64,000 nucleotides of DNA, from assembly GCF_018350175.1 (NCBI RefSeq), contig NC_058368.1:42286001-42350000 (forward strand). Reading direction: 5' to 3'. A program made the position numbers and the translations under genes. Below, in pieces: positions 39,813-54,026 of this stretch. The stretch's first letter is position 1, and every line of letters starts with the position of its first letter. The notes under the pieces were generated by a model. That model searched no databases. It worked only from the letters and a program-made list of their open reading frames with translations, and was not told where the DNA came from. This stretch comes from Felis catus (lineage: Eukaryota).

Positions 39813-41082
39813 AAGAATGGCTGGAGAGCAAGTTTTGAAGAACGGAGTTACTTGTAACCTCACATCCTTCCCTTAAGGGTATTTGATATATCTCTCCCAT
39901 TATTACATCAAATTCACAAGTAGAAGAAAAAAAAAAAAAAACTAAGAGGTTTTAATTAACCCTACTTGCTAGTTTGAGAAGCATTATCATGACTCTCTTA
40001 TATTAAGCCTTGTTCATACATCATTTTCTAGTACTGATTCATATTAAAGGTAGTTATCATAACATTCCTCTTTATTGCATTCATAAACCAAATAAATCAT
40101 GGTAAGTCATTACCTTTACATTACAACTTGTGTATAATTTTATAATAGTATATTTTTGCTCCTTCTGTCATCAAGAACTCCTCCCTTGACCTGCTCCCCA
40201 GGCCCCACTGTGCCCTCATTTAATTAATTGCAGATCCTATTTTTGTCATAGGCACAGTAATCTACTCAAAATGGGACAACTGAAGAATATTAACAAAGAT
40301 TATTTTAATGTTCTACCTTAAATTGCCTAAATAGATAATCAATGATTGTGGAAATCAGAGAACTGACATTGCTTTACTCCACTACTGCCAATAATTTCTC
40401 TAGTGACAATTCTTGTTCCTTGAAATTTTGTTTACTTAAGTTGGAAAATTTGAACTCACATGAAAATTACTTCCATTAGATTCAAACACAATTACTATAA
40501 GGTTTTGGAAACTTTTTTGAAATTAACTACAGACTTGTCATGTTATAGCTTTCTCTGGAGACTTCTAGAGATTAATATAGATCTCTATACTCAAAGGACC
40601 TTGTACTTATCCATATCTATCATCATGCTTTGTATTCAAAGAAGAGCGACTCTTGGCATAATTTTTATTTCAGTATAGGAATAGAAGTCCTTAAGCAATT
40701 ACAGTATGCAGCCAGTGGGAAGACGGAAAGGAGACTATAAGACCTTCTTGCTGTGAATGGCATCAATGTGGGCCAGAAAATGTTTGAGACCATGTAAAAT
40801 TGTGAGTTGTACAGACTCATGAATAGACTTTGAGTCTTTGCTTTCCTAAATATAAACTGCAGGACCTTGGGACTATCTCTTAAAAATTCAGCAATTCATT
40901 CTTCTCAATAGCAGATTTTAATAATTATAATGATTCTGTGTCTGTATCTTAGGGCTTTTGTGAGAATCTAATAAAACAATGACTATTAAATGACTGAGAA
41001 AATTATTAAGCAATATTCAAATAGCAGTCATTATAATTAATTCAAAACTTGCTCAAACCCACAATAGTTTTCAATGACTGAG

Positions 41083-41086
<4 letters not shown>

Positions 41087-41137
<51 letters not shown>

Positions 41138-41218
41138 GTAATATATATTATATTACATATAATATGTATTATATATATTATAATATTATATTATATATTA
41201 TATATATAATATATATTA
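41087..41218. repeat. (TA)n microsatellite and AT-only low-complexity tract
   Basis: Direct reading. Confidence 0.95.
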
Positions 41219-44213
41219 CACAAAATACCTATCAATAAATGCTCTTCTTCTCATAAATCTTTCTTCCTTTAATAGGACTGTCTCTTTAATTTTAAAACTT
41301 AAGAAAAACTTAGAAATCACACTTTAGCATAAATGCTAACCAAGGGGACCAAAGGGTCATGATTAGAGTGATGAACTGCTGAGTACAAAACAGATACTCA
41401 TTAAACAGTGGCACAATTAAAATCACATTGAAGGCATAAGAAAATACAGAGAATATTACGCTAGTACATTTATGGAGACATACTGTATTTCATTTGCTGC
41501 CTTAAAAATATTTCTCCAAGGTCATATATAACACCTGTGAAAAAAGTACCCCAATTATGGCACTGAGTTTTTAATAGCAACAATGGTAAAAATTAAATTA
41601 AATTAAATTAAATAAAGTCATAGCAAAGGCCATAAGTATATAATCCTAAATTGTAACACCTTGTGAAAACTAGAGAATCTAGGGGTCACTGGCTTTCTCA
41701 AAATGATAAAGTCTTCATGGATTTTATGGCAAAAATATCTCTTCTTCCATCTCTGACCTTACCACAAAGAGTATATCCTTTAGAAATAATTCTTATTGGA
41801 ATTTTAGTAGCCTGAAGGAGATAATATGTAGTCAATATGGATTTTTCAAGAACCGCTCCAAAAACATGACACTTTTATGTAAAAAGAAGCCACCATATGC
41901 CTTGCACAAAATATATGTTCAATAAATGTGCTGTTTTTGTCATGAATTTTTCATCCTTAATGCACATACTCTCCTTAACTTTAAAAGAAAGAGAAATAGC
42001 TTCAAAGTCACATTTTAGCATAAGGATGTAAAATGCTAACTAAGTAATATTGACTAGGTTGATTTTTAGGGCATTTAATTCAATTGTGCTGAAGGGAGAG
42101 CTTGCCCGCCATGACGCACCTCTTTGCTGGGGAGCAGGTTGGCCCAGCAGCAGGGCAGTGTACAATAATCAGAATGTTCCAGGTTAGACAACTCATCTGA
42201 AATTTTCATACTGTATGTATCCATCTCTGACACCCTGTAATGAGGGGCAAAATAAGCACACCAATGCTAACTTATTTCCACACAGTGTTACCTTATTCAT
42301 CTGTCAAAACAGGCCTGCCAATAAAACATTATTATCTCCATTTTAAAGGTGACAAAACCAAGAGGCAGAGATAATAGCTGTTAGCATAAACTTAACTATA
42401 AAAAAAATGAACTTCACTGTAAAAATAAACTGGTAAACACCTTCTCCCTCCAAAAAATACTTCCCAGTATGAGTATTAGGACAAGTACACAGATTACTGA
42501 AGTACAAAGCAAAATATAATTGCTACAGGAAAAATGAAGATAAAGCCCTAAGAAGCTAAAGAAATAACATACTGATTTTTTTTTTCTTTTTGTTAATGGT
42601 AGATAGGGGTGTTGGTGAGAAAAGACTTCAGGGAGACAGAGTTAAATGAAAAAGAATTGTAACAGAAGGACAGAATCAGCAGTACACATCTAGAGGTAGA
42701 AACGTCTGGGATCTTTTTTAGAGAAGAATAAATAATTCATTTTAGCTTGAAATTAGGTTATGTTTAGGAGAACTATTGGAGACAAATTTAGAAAGATAGG
42801 TCGGTGAAATTTTAAAGGCCCATGCGCAGCTAGGCAAATGTGTTCATGCTTTTTTGGAACAGCAGAGTTAGAGGGCTGACGTAATTAAAGGTACTCTTTA
42901 ACAAGGTAAATCTGTCTTTAGGGAGTTGTCTGGATTGAATAAAAAGCACTGGATTAAGAAGAAAGTCAAGTAGCTACTGAAACCACCTAACCTAGAGGGA
43001 AATAAAATATGGTGGGGAATTGTTTTTAATGGGGAAAATTGCTGTGAGAAATAGTACAGATGTAGAAGTGACAAGACTTATTAACGAATGTGGGAGCATG
43101 GAGTCTAATGGACTTTTTAAAGATACTTTCATAAACTGAAGTATGATTCAGAGAATAGTGGTGACATTGACATAATCTGGGAATTCTGCAGAAATGGTTG
43201 GTTTACCACATGCATTAGGACATACTAACAGGTTATCTGGAGACCTCAAACTGCATAAATGTTGATATTTATTCAGAAGGAAGTAGACGCAGTTCATACG
43301 GGTACAGCTCCTGGCATACCACAGAAATTTAAGGAATTACTGGTGATTAATGACTGACCGGTAAATCAAAGTAATAGTTAGGGACTCTGAAAAAAAAAAT
43401 CAGTTGCTACTTAAGATATTATAGTGATGTTTTGCCTTTCTCAGACTTATTCATCCTGCTCTTGGGAAGGAAGCTGAAAAGCTGGTTTTGTATGTAGGGT
43501 TCAGATTTATACGCCTCTTTCTTTTTGCTTCTTTCTTGAGTATGTATAGCGATGCAGGAAAAAAAAAGGTATGACACCGAATAGCTTATCTTTAATTATA
43601 AGCTCTATGTTACAAAAGCATCCTCAGAGTGTTCGGAAAAATAAATAACATAAAGCAGGAAGTAGGTAAATGCCTAGAGATTTTTATACAAATATTAAAA
43701 TGAGTGGCAAATTTTAACATTTTGTCAAGAAAAAAAAATGCTCTACTTGGCAGTTAAAAACTAGGATGTTAACTAATTGACCAAATGAAAGCCAAGTTTT
43801 TCAGGATGTTTCCCCAACTTTCTTCATTTCAAGAATGTGTTTGAAAGCCTCCTTTAATTGTTTTCCATTTTTAATGCGTTATCATCACACTTAATTACTA
43901 AGCCTTTTTGAAAATTATTCAGCATTTTGGGTTTGAAACTACCCAGTAGGGTGTCTATTTTTGCACAGAAAATTACTACGTGAGAACACCCAATTTAATC
44001 TAACATATATGCTAAATCAATGCTTAAAAAAAACTCTCTCTTAATCTTTCAAGTTCTTTCAGTTAATAAAACAAGTAGGCGTACTAGTTTGGCTAAATAT
44101 GCTTTAAAGAGAGATTTCTGCAGGTGAAGTGACAAAAGCTTGCTGGGTGCTTTATTATGCATTCATTTCTTTATATCTAAGAGGACTCTAACAAAATGGT
44201 ACTTCCCTTTTAG

Positions 44214-44412
44214 GTGTGCATCGTAACACATCGAAAGAAAGATGGCATTTCCAGACAAGTCTTTCATCCTGTGACAGCTGAATTATTCTCTTCCAAATAT
44301 GCTAAAACAACAGATTTTCATTTTGTTCAAGGCCTTACATCATCGTTAAAAAGCCTTTTAGAATTTGTTCCAGTCATCAAAAATGCGGAACGAGGAGAGA
44401 ATAAACACTGAG
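44214..44412 (+). other. Candidate plus-strand exon (199 nt)
   Basis: Branch-like CTCTAAC 44186-44192, acceptor acttcccttttAG, donor GAG|GTACCA; CpG-enriched relative to flanks; frame 0 open for 65 codons. Confidence 0.35.
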
Positions 44413-45177
44413 GTACCAATATCACACCATCTCCGAGACAGGATTCAAACCTTTGAAAAAGCATGTGCAATTACAGAGAACCTTCTCACCGTAAACAGCA
44501 AAGCCAAGGTCTTACAAATAAATGGAGTAGGCAGCTTATGGGATGTGATTAGAGGGGCAAGCCAGATGCTCCTATCTAAAAATATCTCTCCTGCCTGTTA
44601 CCTTTAGAATTTACTCCTCTGCATCTTGGAGCCTTTTTGATAGGCATGAGACCCCCATTAAAATGTAAATACTCCTGGGAGATGCAGAGCCTTAATCTTT
44701 TATCAACTATCATCTTAGTGGACTAGTTGGAATGAAACAAGAAATAAAATAGAGCTTTGGAAAAATGAGTAGAGAAACAAGATAAAGGAAAAAAGGGATA
44801 CGGGCAGGAGTGAGAAGACCCTGAAATAGAAACTTCTATAGTTCGCAATTTAGCCTGGCACCAGTTCTGACTAAACTGGATACCTGTGTATGAAAGAAAG
44901 AAAAACGACACAGAAAGGCTTTTAGATTCAGATTTAGATGCTACTCAAATAACTTTCAACAAGAAAAGAATCTAGTGGTTTGAAAAATGTCTTTAGACCT
45001 TGCTATCTAGGTCTAGGCTCTATTTACTTTTTAAATGACTATGGAAACTTAGTTAATCTTGGTAAACAAGATTATCATACTAAATAGAAAATAATAATGC
45101 TTACCATAGAATTCTTGTAAATATTAAATTAGATGATATATATAGTGACACAAAATAACCATATATAAAGAAAATCA

Positions 45178-45304
45178 GGGAGCCTGGGTGGCTCAGGTCG
45201 TGATCTTGCCATTCGTGGATTTGAGCCCTGAGATGAGCTCTGCACTGACAGCTCAGAGCCTGGAGCCCGGTTCAGATCAGATTCTGTGTCGCCCTTTCTC
45301 TCTG

Positions 45305-45353
<49 letters not shown>

Positions 45354-45375
45354 AATAAATGAACATTAAAAAAGA
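45178..45375 (+). mobile_element. CAN-SINE with internal head deletion
   Basis: gggagcctgggtggctcag joined directly to gtcgtgatc; long (CT)n; A tail. Confidence 0.92.
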
Positions 45376-45479
45376 GAATTCAAATGAAAATATACCAGTA
45401 TATTTCAACTAAATAGGCTATGGCATCAAAACCTTCAATATGCCTAAAGAAACAATTGTTAAAGAGAAAGTAATCTCAT

Positions 45480-45641
45480 GGGGTGCCTGGGTGGCTCAAT
45501 TGGTTAAGGGTCTGACTTCAGCTCAAGTCATGATCTCACAGTCTGGTCAGTGGGTTCCAGCCTGGCATGGGTCTCTGTGTTGACAGCTCAGAGCGTGGAG
45601 CCCGCTTCAGATTCTGCGTCTTTCTCTCTGCCCCTCCCCAA

Positions 45642-45703
<62 letters not shown>

Positions 45704-45770
45704 GTTTCAAAAAATGAATAAACATTAAAAAATAAATAAACAAAAAAATTAAAAGACAACAAAAGAAAAT
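45480..45770 (+). mobile_element. CAN-SINE
   Basis: ggggtgcctgggtggctcaattggttaag head, (CT)n, A-rich tail. Confidence 0.94.
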
Positions 45771-48274
45771 CAGTTTTGTCTGTAACTCAAATCGTTGTGT
45801 ATGTTCCAATTTAATCCACAGAATTCCCTGAGAAGTTGGTATTTTCTCTCCTGAGTCTGGGACATCATGGAGCAGTGGAGTATAATTACAATAAAGGTTC
45901 AAATCCAGGTTTTGTCACTTAATAGCTGTGAGATTTTTAGCACTTTATTCAACTTTTATAAATGTTAATTTCTGCATCTGTATAATCACTATCATTATGC
46001 TATGTCATGTAGGATTCTTTAAAACAAATTTGAGATACTTGATGTATAGTATCTATGGTTGGGAAACATAAGCACTTTCACAATAAAGGATATTTGTGAT
46101 ATTTTTTTACTCTTAGGATTATTACTTGAAGGAAAATTTCAGTCTATTCTGGGAAAATATTGTTTTCTCTTGTATATTAGGTCACTGTATATATTTGATT
46201 AAAAAATATTGTTGTCTTCACGTTTTATAATCCTAAGTGGTAGAATTTAAAAATGTAAAACAGATGACCACAGACATATATACACAGAAAATACTTTACT
46301 AGAAACTATCTACTCAGCACTGCCAGCACCTTAATATGGAAAATATATGTTCAAGACAGGTGATCATGTGGGCTTTTTTAAGTGATTAAAACCATGTGAA
46401 GAGCTTAAAATTGTCTCCTTAACAACAAAGAGCTCCTCCTCCACAAGCTATCTATCCATCCATCATATGGTATGGGACAGGTTTTCCCACTGTGTATTTA
46501 TTTTTTTCTCATTACTAAGGACAGCTGGTTGAATGTGAATTTTCTATCAGATACACTTAACCCTTGGCTTGTAAACAAGAAAATATTGAATTGTATAATT
46601 TAGTTTATTTTTCTCAACGTTTACTGGGTAAAATGTCTTCCATTCTGCCCTGTGTCTTTGTATCAGTGAAAACCTAGAGCACACTGCTATGAGCACTTAG
46701 CTCCTCTGCAAAGCCTCTAGTTCAGCGCCACATACAAATAGATTATTAATAAATACTTCATAATGATGAAGGATTTGGGCTTAAGTATTAATTCATTCCT
46801 CTCTCTCTCTCTCTTTTCGACTTTTCAGTGCAGCAGGAATATATACCATTTGCTCATGGTGACAGCAAATGGTATTACGAATGAAGTGAAGATACATAGG
46901 GACACATCCAAGTGAAAGTCTCCCAAAGCAGCCTGGGTTGAAAGGTGTCTGGGGAAGATCAACAAAATGGAATATATTTCTCTCAGCCACAGGGAGTTTT
47001 CTTTTATATCAGAAAGAGTGAATGCTGACATAATTGGACTCATAACTTCAAATGAGAAATAAGCAGCAGTCACAAATGAAATTGCCGTCAAAGATCATGT
47101 TTTCACATAAGCAACCTGGTGGATCATTTTTTTAAATGCTGGAGTTGTGAACTAGAAAGAAGAAAGCAAAGATGAGTGTGTCTGAGCAAAATAGTTTCCC
47201 AGTATTGCCACTTCCTAACAGAGTCAGCATCCATAATGATTCAGATGTCACAACACCAAGCTAGGTCTCCCAACAAAAACAGACAGAATAGATGGTGCTA
47301 TCTAGCTTTTCCTCATGGAACATCCTATAGCATTTGTTTAGAAAGAGGGGAGTTCGGGGGTTACGCTTCCCCGATAAAACCTTAATTTCCTAATTCCCCT
47401 TTTAAATGTAGATACAGTTTCCATCTTCTAAGTGTCTGCAGGGATCTATCTATTTCAAAGAAAATTTCAAAGGAGAAGGTGAATTTGTATGTTAATCCTC
47501 TCCCTATAAAATAAACATGGGGTGTGTTGTAATTATTTCTTTCATCTGTTACTAGAGATGATTTTAACTAAAGTAGGGGGAAGCATCTGTGCTAAGGTAA
47601 GCAAGCTGGCTTTACTGGCCTGGTAACCCTGCAAGTCATTTCTCTCAATTTTGTTGTATCTTCTAACCTTAAACTCCTATAGATGAACACCTCACATGGT
47701 TATGCGCAGGCTAGTTTCTCCTTCATGCAATAGCAGCATGCTGACAGCACACTCTAGGGTACAAATGCTTCTCCAGCAAAAGCACAATGGATTGTGGAAG
47801 GCACCTTGGGCAGTAATTGATACAAATCCCGCTTCCCTGTATTTATTGAGTGATGTTCAACCTCCTGCATCTACAACAACATTGTCCTAATTATTCAAGC
47901 TGACATTTCTCACTACCGTGTTTCTTTACTGCCTCACAGACGTGTTTAAAAAATCAGTGTAAGTTAATTGTTGGTTCCAAGTACATGAAAGTATCTAGAA
48001 TATCACAGGTGCTCAAGAAATGCGTTTCTTTTTTTTATATCCTATTTTTTCTCATTCAACTCATCCAAAATAAAATCCTTTTCATAGCAGAGGGAAATAG
48101 TCTCCCGAGAGGGTAAGTAGTAATGTGAAGCCAAAGAAATGTGAAGTATTAAATGTAAGGTCACATATTTAAGGTGTACTAATTAAATGCCATAACCTAT
48201 ATTATATCTTGGCTACTCATGCTGTTCCCCAGTATGAAAGCAGGGAGTACCAAAACAGATTATCAGATTAATGA

Positions 48275-48448
48275 TTTTTTTTAATGTTCATTTAGGTTTT
48301 AGAGATAGAGGTCGGTGGGGACAGAGGATTTGAAGCAGACTCTGTGCTGACAGCTGAGAGCCTGATACGGGGCTCAAACTCATAAACCATGAGATCATGA
48401 CCTGAGCCAAAGTCAGATACCCAACCAACTGAGGCACCAAGGCACCCC
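48275..48448 (-). mobile_element. CAN-SINE
   Basis: Reverse SINE ending ctgaggcaccaaggcaccc; flanking atgattttt. Confidence 0.9.
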
Positions 48449-49169
48449 TTAGAGATATGATTTTTAAGAAAAAAAAAAGTTAAAACCAGAGTGTGTATGC
48501 ACAAATATATACATATAAACATGTACTATAGGCACTAGACCTTACAAAGTTCTGCTAGTAATTACCAATATGTGAAATATGATTTTTTTTAATTATTTAA
48601 AAATGCTAACATTGAAACCATCTGCCACAATATTGTAATTATTTACCCTATGCTCTCTCATATCATGGGCCTGGTAGAATTTGTTCATTCTTGCATCCCC
48701 AGTGCTTACAATGTCTGGAACATAGTACATGCTCAAGAATAATCACTGAATCAATGACTGAACATTCTATTATATCTCTTAACTACAAGGTTAGTCACTG
48801 CAATATTTAATATATATGTTGTATACATACACTCATAAACCTATCCCCAAAATTTCTTGGCAAAGATTCTAGAGTACAGACTTATTGTTGCAAAAATATT
48901 ACACAAAATATTTCTAACTGCATCAGTGCCTCTGTCCTTGCTTTTGGTCTGTTCTTTTCTTGTCACATGTCAGTCCTCTACCCTGCAACCACTAATAATA
49001 ATGGGGGGGGGGCTGGTATTAGTGTTACGTCCTCATGACTCCTCATTTATTACTTCCATTCCTCTTGCCAACAAACCCAGTGTGCAGTATATGTTTGAAA
49101 TAGCTTTCTTCACAGCAATTTTACCTAGTATATCTAGTATATATATTTTCTCCTTAGGTTCAGAATTCT

Positions 49170-49530
49170 ACTGGGTGAGCGACACTAAATAGAGGACGAG
49201 GGAATCGAATCATAGAAAATCAAGAAAAACACACTCTATTTCCTGAAGAGTTACTGGAAGGCATAACAGTGATTTTCACTTTACCTTTCCCCTTTGCTAG
49301 TGGAATTTAGTAGTTCTGTAGTTCGGCAAGCCAGCTGAAACTTCAGGGATACATGACAATCGGGATGCCTCACACTTGCGATCATAATTTGGTCAGGGCA
49401 CAATATCAAGTGAAGAACCCTCTGCGCCAACAGTTCAGAAGAATGGGGTTGGGCAGTAGCCTATGCCAAGCACCACGAGCTGCTGCAACTTTGAAATAAC
49501 ACAATTATCTACTTTTCAAAAATGCTACGA
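49170..49530. mobile_element. Probable ancient conserved repeat (MER129-like from recall; family unverified)
   Basis: About 9 CpGs in 360 bp against a CpG-poor background; complex sequence with no ORF in the track and unlike carnivore-specific repeats. Confidence 0.45.
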
Positions 49531-50299
49531 ACCCACACCTTATGACACTATGACACTTGAGAGTCTCTTTCTCTATATATGTACATATGTTGTGTTTATA
49601 TGTATATAATTATATGTGTACATAATTATGCATGTGCATAGTCTACATATAAAATCTTACCACACTTGCAAGATAAAAACTATTTCTCTACTCTTCATAA
49701 AACTAGTGTTCACAGAGATTAAGTCCTTTGTACAAGGCCACCCTGTGAGCAATAGGAGAAACACAGTTCAAATCTAGGCCCAAGACTCTGCACTCACTAC
49801 CTTGTACTTGATGCATTGTCTCATACAAAGTTTTAATCTAAATACTGAATAGGCTGAAGCTGACAGAAAGAGCAGTTTCTGGGTTGTTGCAAGAGCAACA
49901 TGAACTTGCATATCACTGTGAAGCTTCAAGGGTGCTAGAGTATATCGGCCCAGGGACCTTGGGCTCCTCTCCACTGCCTCCTTGCAGAAAATTCTGAGAT
50001 GTAGAACACCCACCACAGGTCTCAGCTCATGGACCCAGCCTATGCTCCGGCACAAAATGTAACATCTCAACAGCATCCTCTCTCTCAAAGACCAAGGACA
50101 CAATTAGAGTAGATCTCTCCTAAACTGTATCTTCTTCAGATCAAATATCTTCCATCACAACTCAGATCGCTACCTATCCTTCCTGCTCAAGAACATGTCA
50201 TCAACTAGCAATGATCTGATTATTTCAAAGCCTCTTATAAGGTTAAAAATCACATAGCAAATTAGAATTCAGAGGGAACTGAGGATTCACTAGGAGAAC

Positions 50300-50302
<3 letters not shown>

Positions 50303-50350
<48 letters not shown>

Positions 50351-50360
50351 GGAAGGAAGA
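50303..50360. repeat. (GA)n(GGAA)n microsatellite
   Basis: Direct reading. Confidence 0.96.
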
Positions 50361-50541
50361 AAACTGATCATCCAGCTCTGTTATGATTGCCAGTGCTAAT
50401 AAACATGCTCTCCTAAAAAAATTATCTCAAACTTTTAGGAAATTTAAGAATAGTTATTATATTATTCAAATAAATAAAATCAACTGAAATCTGCCACCCA
50501 AACATTGGTCCTTTGGAACCAGAAAGATTTCAGTGTACCTC

Positions 50542-50755
50542 CTTTTTTTTTTAAATGTTCATTTATTTTGAGAGACAGAGAGAGAGAGCAAGAGCAGGGG
50601 AGGGGCAGAGAGAGAGGGAGAGAAAGAATCCCAAGGAGGTTCTGCACTGCCAGCACAGAGCCTGATGTGGGGCTCAATCTCACAAACTGTGAGGTCTCAA
50701 CCTGAGCCGAAAACAAGAGGCAGAGGCTCAACCAACTGAGCCACCCAGGCACCCC
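50542..50755 (-). mobile_element. CAN-SINE
   Basis: Reverse SINE ending ctgagccacccaggcacccc. Confidence 0.94.
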
Positions 50756-51699
50756 TTAAGGTTCATCAAGTACCATGCATGCTTGAATGTAAGGTGATTT
50801 TTTTTTTCCCAAAAACTATCCTTCAGAACAAGAGAAGCTACATTATGTTGGGCATTGTTAGGATTTTTTCATGTTATGAGCCCTGTCTGAGGAAGACACA
50901 TCAGCTTTGAGAACATGAATCAGTTTCCATTTTGGATGCTTACAGAGGCCAAAAGTTAAAAAGAAATGGCAAAGTATTTTAATAGTGCTCAATAATTAGT
51001 CTAGGAATGAACCAGAAATGTATAATGACACATTTTAAAAACCACTTCAAAAATTCAATGGACAAAATGAAGCTGCTCTGGCAATGAGGTACATATACCA
51101 AAATGATGAATGACAACTGATTGTTCTCTTATTATGCAAATATAAGAACATAGGGCTAGGCTCTGTTACTCTTGCTCACTGAGTCATCCCTATTACCTAC
51201 AACAGTGCCTGAAGGCGAGGATGGGCTCACAACGCATTTCTGCTGACAGAAGGAATGAACGGATATATGGTTAATTATGGTTTGAAATAAAAATCTCTTG
51301 TGAGAATATCAACCTTAAAAAAGTACCATCTCTTGACAATAACTTGACAATGGATGATATGTTATAATGGCTGCAATTGAAATGTTACGAGTAGAAATTT
51401 GATGATCTCTTATATCCTTACATGTTTATATATTCAGATAGGTCATTGTTTGTTTACCAGGGAAATAGGATTATTTTTGAGGTAGCATTATAAGTGTTCC
51501 AGTTTATAAGGAATTTGAAGACTTGGCTTCCAAGTTGGTGTCTTTTCAGACTGATCTTCTGTTTCCACAGGGGATACTCATATTCGTAAAGCATAGTTTT
51601 GATTTGCCCTAATAAATGATTGAGCATGCGGCACCCAGATTTTAATGGAACCGTGCTTTGTAGTTAGAGCATAGAACAAGGTTTTTATCTCCCTTATTT

Positions 51700-52030
51700 T
51701 GGAAGCTGTATGCTGATTAAAGTAGCTTAAAATTGCATTTGCACTTTGGCAGTCACATCACACTATTGACTAATATTCAGACTTCCAGCAACTAAAATCC
51801 CAACATCTTTCTGACATGTGCTGATAAGCCTCATAATCTTCCAACTATACTGGTGCTATAGCTACACTGAACTCTATTTTCACCCTTACTTTTGTAAGGG
51901 TGATAGCCTTCTAACAGAGTACTACACCCCCAAGTTTCACATAATCTGCAAATGTGATGTCTATTAGGTATCCATGACCTTGCTGCAGTTTTTGACAGAG
52001 AAAACAAATGAAGATGCATTGGTGGCATGT
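51700..52030 (-). mobile_element. CR1/L3 LINE relic
   Basis: attgcatttgcactttggcagtcacatcacactattgactaatattcag and ccaagtttcacataatctgcaaat resemble reverse L3 RT-region segments. Confidence 0.55.
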
Positions 52031-52098
52031 CATGAAGTTAAAAACAGATCCTCTCCTCAAGAAAGATCAGTCAGAGATATTAAATACTTCAGGTACGT

Positions 52099-52474
52099 TG
52101 CTATGGACTGAATTGTGACTCCCCAAAATTTGTATGTTGAAGCCCCTGGCCCCCAGTGTGATGGTATTTGGAGATGGGGCCTTTGGAAGATAACTAGGTT
52201 TCCATGAGGTCAGGAGGGTGAGGCCCTCATGATGGGATTAGTGCCTTATATAAAGGAAGAGACATCAGAGAACTTCAGGTCTTCTCTTCCTGCCATGTGA
52301 GGACACAGCAACATGGAAACAATCTGCAAGACAGAAGAGAGCTCTTACCAGAACCACACCATGCTAGTACTCTGATCTTAGACTTTCATCCCTTGGAAAT
52401 GAGAAAATTAATTTTTGTTGTTTAAGCCACCCAGTCTTTGGGATTACTTATGGTAGTCTGAGCTGACTAATACA
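52099..52474 (+). mobile_element. MLT1A-type (ERVL-MaLR) solo LTR
   Basis: TG-ctatggactgaattgtg...gtatttggagatggggcctttgg...tttgttgtttaagccacccagtct...gactaata-CA. Confidence 0.9.
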
Positions 52475-53839
52475 AAGAAAAATGAAAGAGAGCTACTTGG
52501 AAGCTTGAGAGGAGTTATTACACTTTTGATGGTGGATTAATATAAGATTTGTAAAAATAAGATACGGGCACATTTGTTATATATCATGCAAAGAGAATTT
52601 TGTTTCCAAAAACAAAAAGAAATATGACCGATGTTTAGAAAAGGAAGACTTCTACATGAAGGTATTCACATTTAAGAGATCTCCCATTTGAAGGCAGAAG
52701 ATATGAAATCCATGAAAACACTGAAACTGAAAATGACGAAAAGGATGATATAGTTGTAAGAGCAACTGGTTGAAATGAAAGCTAACAATGCAAAGAAAAT
52801 CCTGGAGCTGGAGTATCAAGCTGGACTGTTTAGAATGATGGATTTATGAGGTAGTTTGGATAAAGACAAGGAATTCTATGACTAATTTCACTGCTTGCAA
52901 ATAAGATCAAAGGAAGTTGAAAGTACAGTCAGGGAGTAGCACTGATATAGCAGAAGGGTTAATTTTCCATTTTTTCATGGCATGCTTTAAATTGTAGAAG
53001 ACTGGAGACAGAGAAGGATGGTCAGGCAGTAATGCCGATTTACATGACTTTAATTTTATAAACATGAACTATACAGTAGTTAATATTTAAGGACCCATAT
53101 TTGTGTTCCCATATAGTACATTACCAAACAAACAAACCACCTCTCCGTTTTTCCCCTTACAAGTGCAACTAGGATATGCTATTCATTGATGCATTTTTTT
53201 TTAGTTTTTGTCCTTTTATTTTTTTGTAAAATGAACCAGATCTTCTGAGAGCCTTTCTATATTAGGCACAGAGCTTTACTGCTGTTTTTAAGCTAAGTTA
53301 AACATAAATAGGAGCTCTCCCCATTTCCACTGAAGTGTCACTCAGAGGAGTACTCAAACGATAGTGAGTAGGTGGTTCCCTCCACAGAGATTTGTCATGC
53401 TGTGTTTTATACTTAGACATTTTTCTCAGGAATGAAAACATTTAAATATCCCATCCTATTTTCTGACTACTTTTCCTCTGAAAACTTGCTGTTCTTTCTA
53501 TCCTAAACTCAACATTCACCTTTTCCTCCACTTTTAGGACCTGAGTTAAATGATCACTTACCAATACAGTAAAACGTTGGTTTGCAAGCAGAATTCATTC
53601 TGGAAACGTGCTTGTAATCCAAAGCACTTGTGTATCAAAGCAAATTTCAAGAACCATTGGCTCAGTTGTGATCATGTGACATTTCGGCATTACATAATAC
53701 TTGTATTGCAAGACATCACTCATTTATCAAATTAAAATTTATTAGAAATATTTGCTCCTCTTGTGGGACACTTGTAGAACAATTTACTCAATCCAAGGTT
53801 TTACTGTACTCCAATTTGTGGCAAGTTAGTACATGCTAT

Positions 53840-54026
53840 AATGTTTGTTTGTTTGTTTTGAAAGAGAGCACAAGCAGGGTAGGGGCAGAGAGAAAAGGAC
53901 AGAGGATCTGAAGCAGGCTCTGCCCTGACAGCAGCAAGCACCATGTGGGGTTTCAACTCACTAACCAGGAGCTCATGACCTGAGCTGAAGTCAGACACTC
54001 AACTGACTGAGCTACCCAGGTGCCCC
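53840..54026 (-). mobile_element. CAN-SINE
   Basis: Reverse SINE; agtacat duplication on both sides. Confidence 0.92.
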
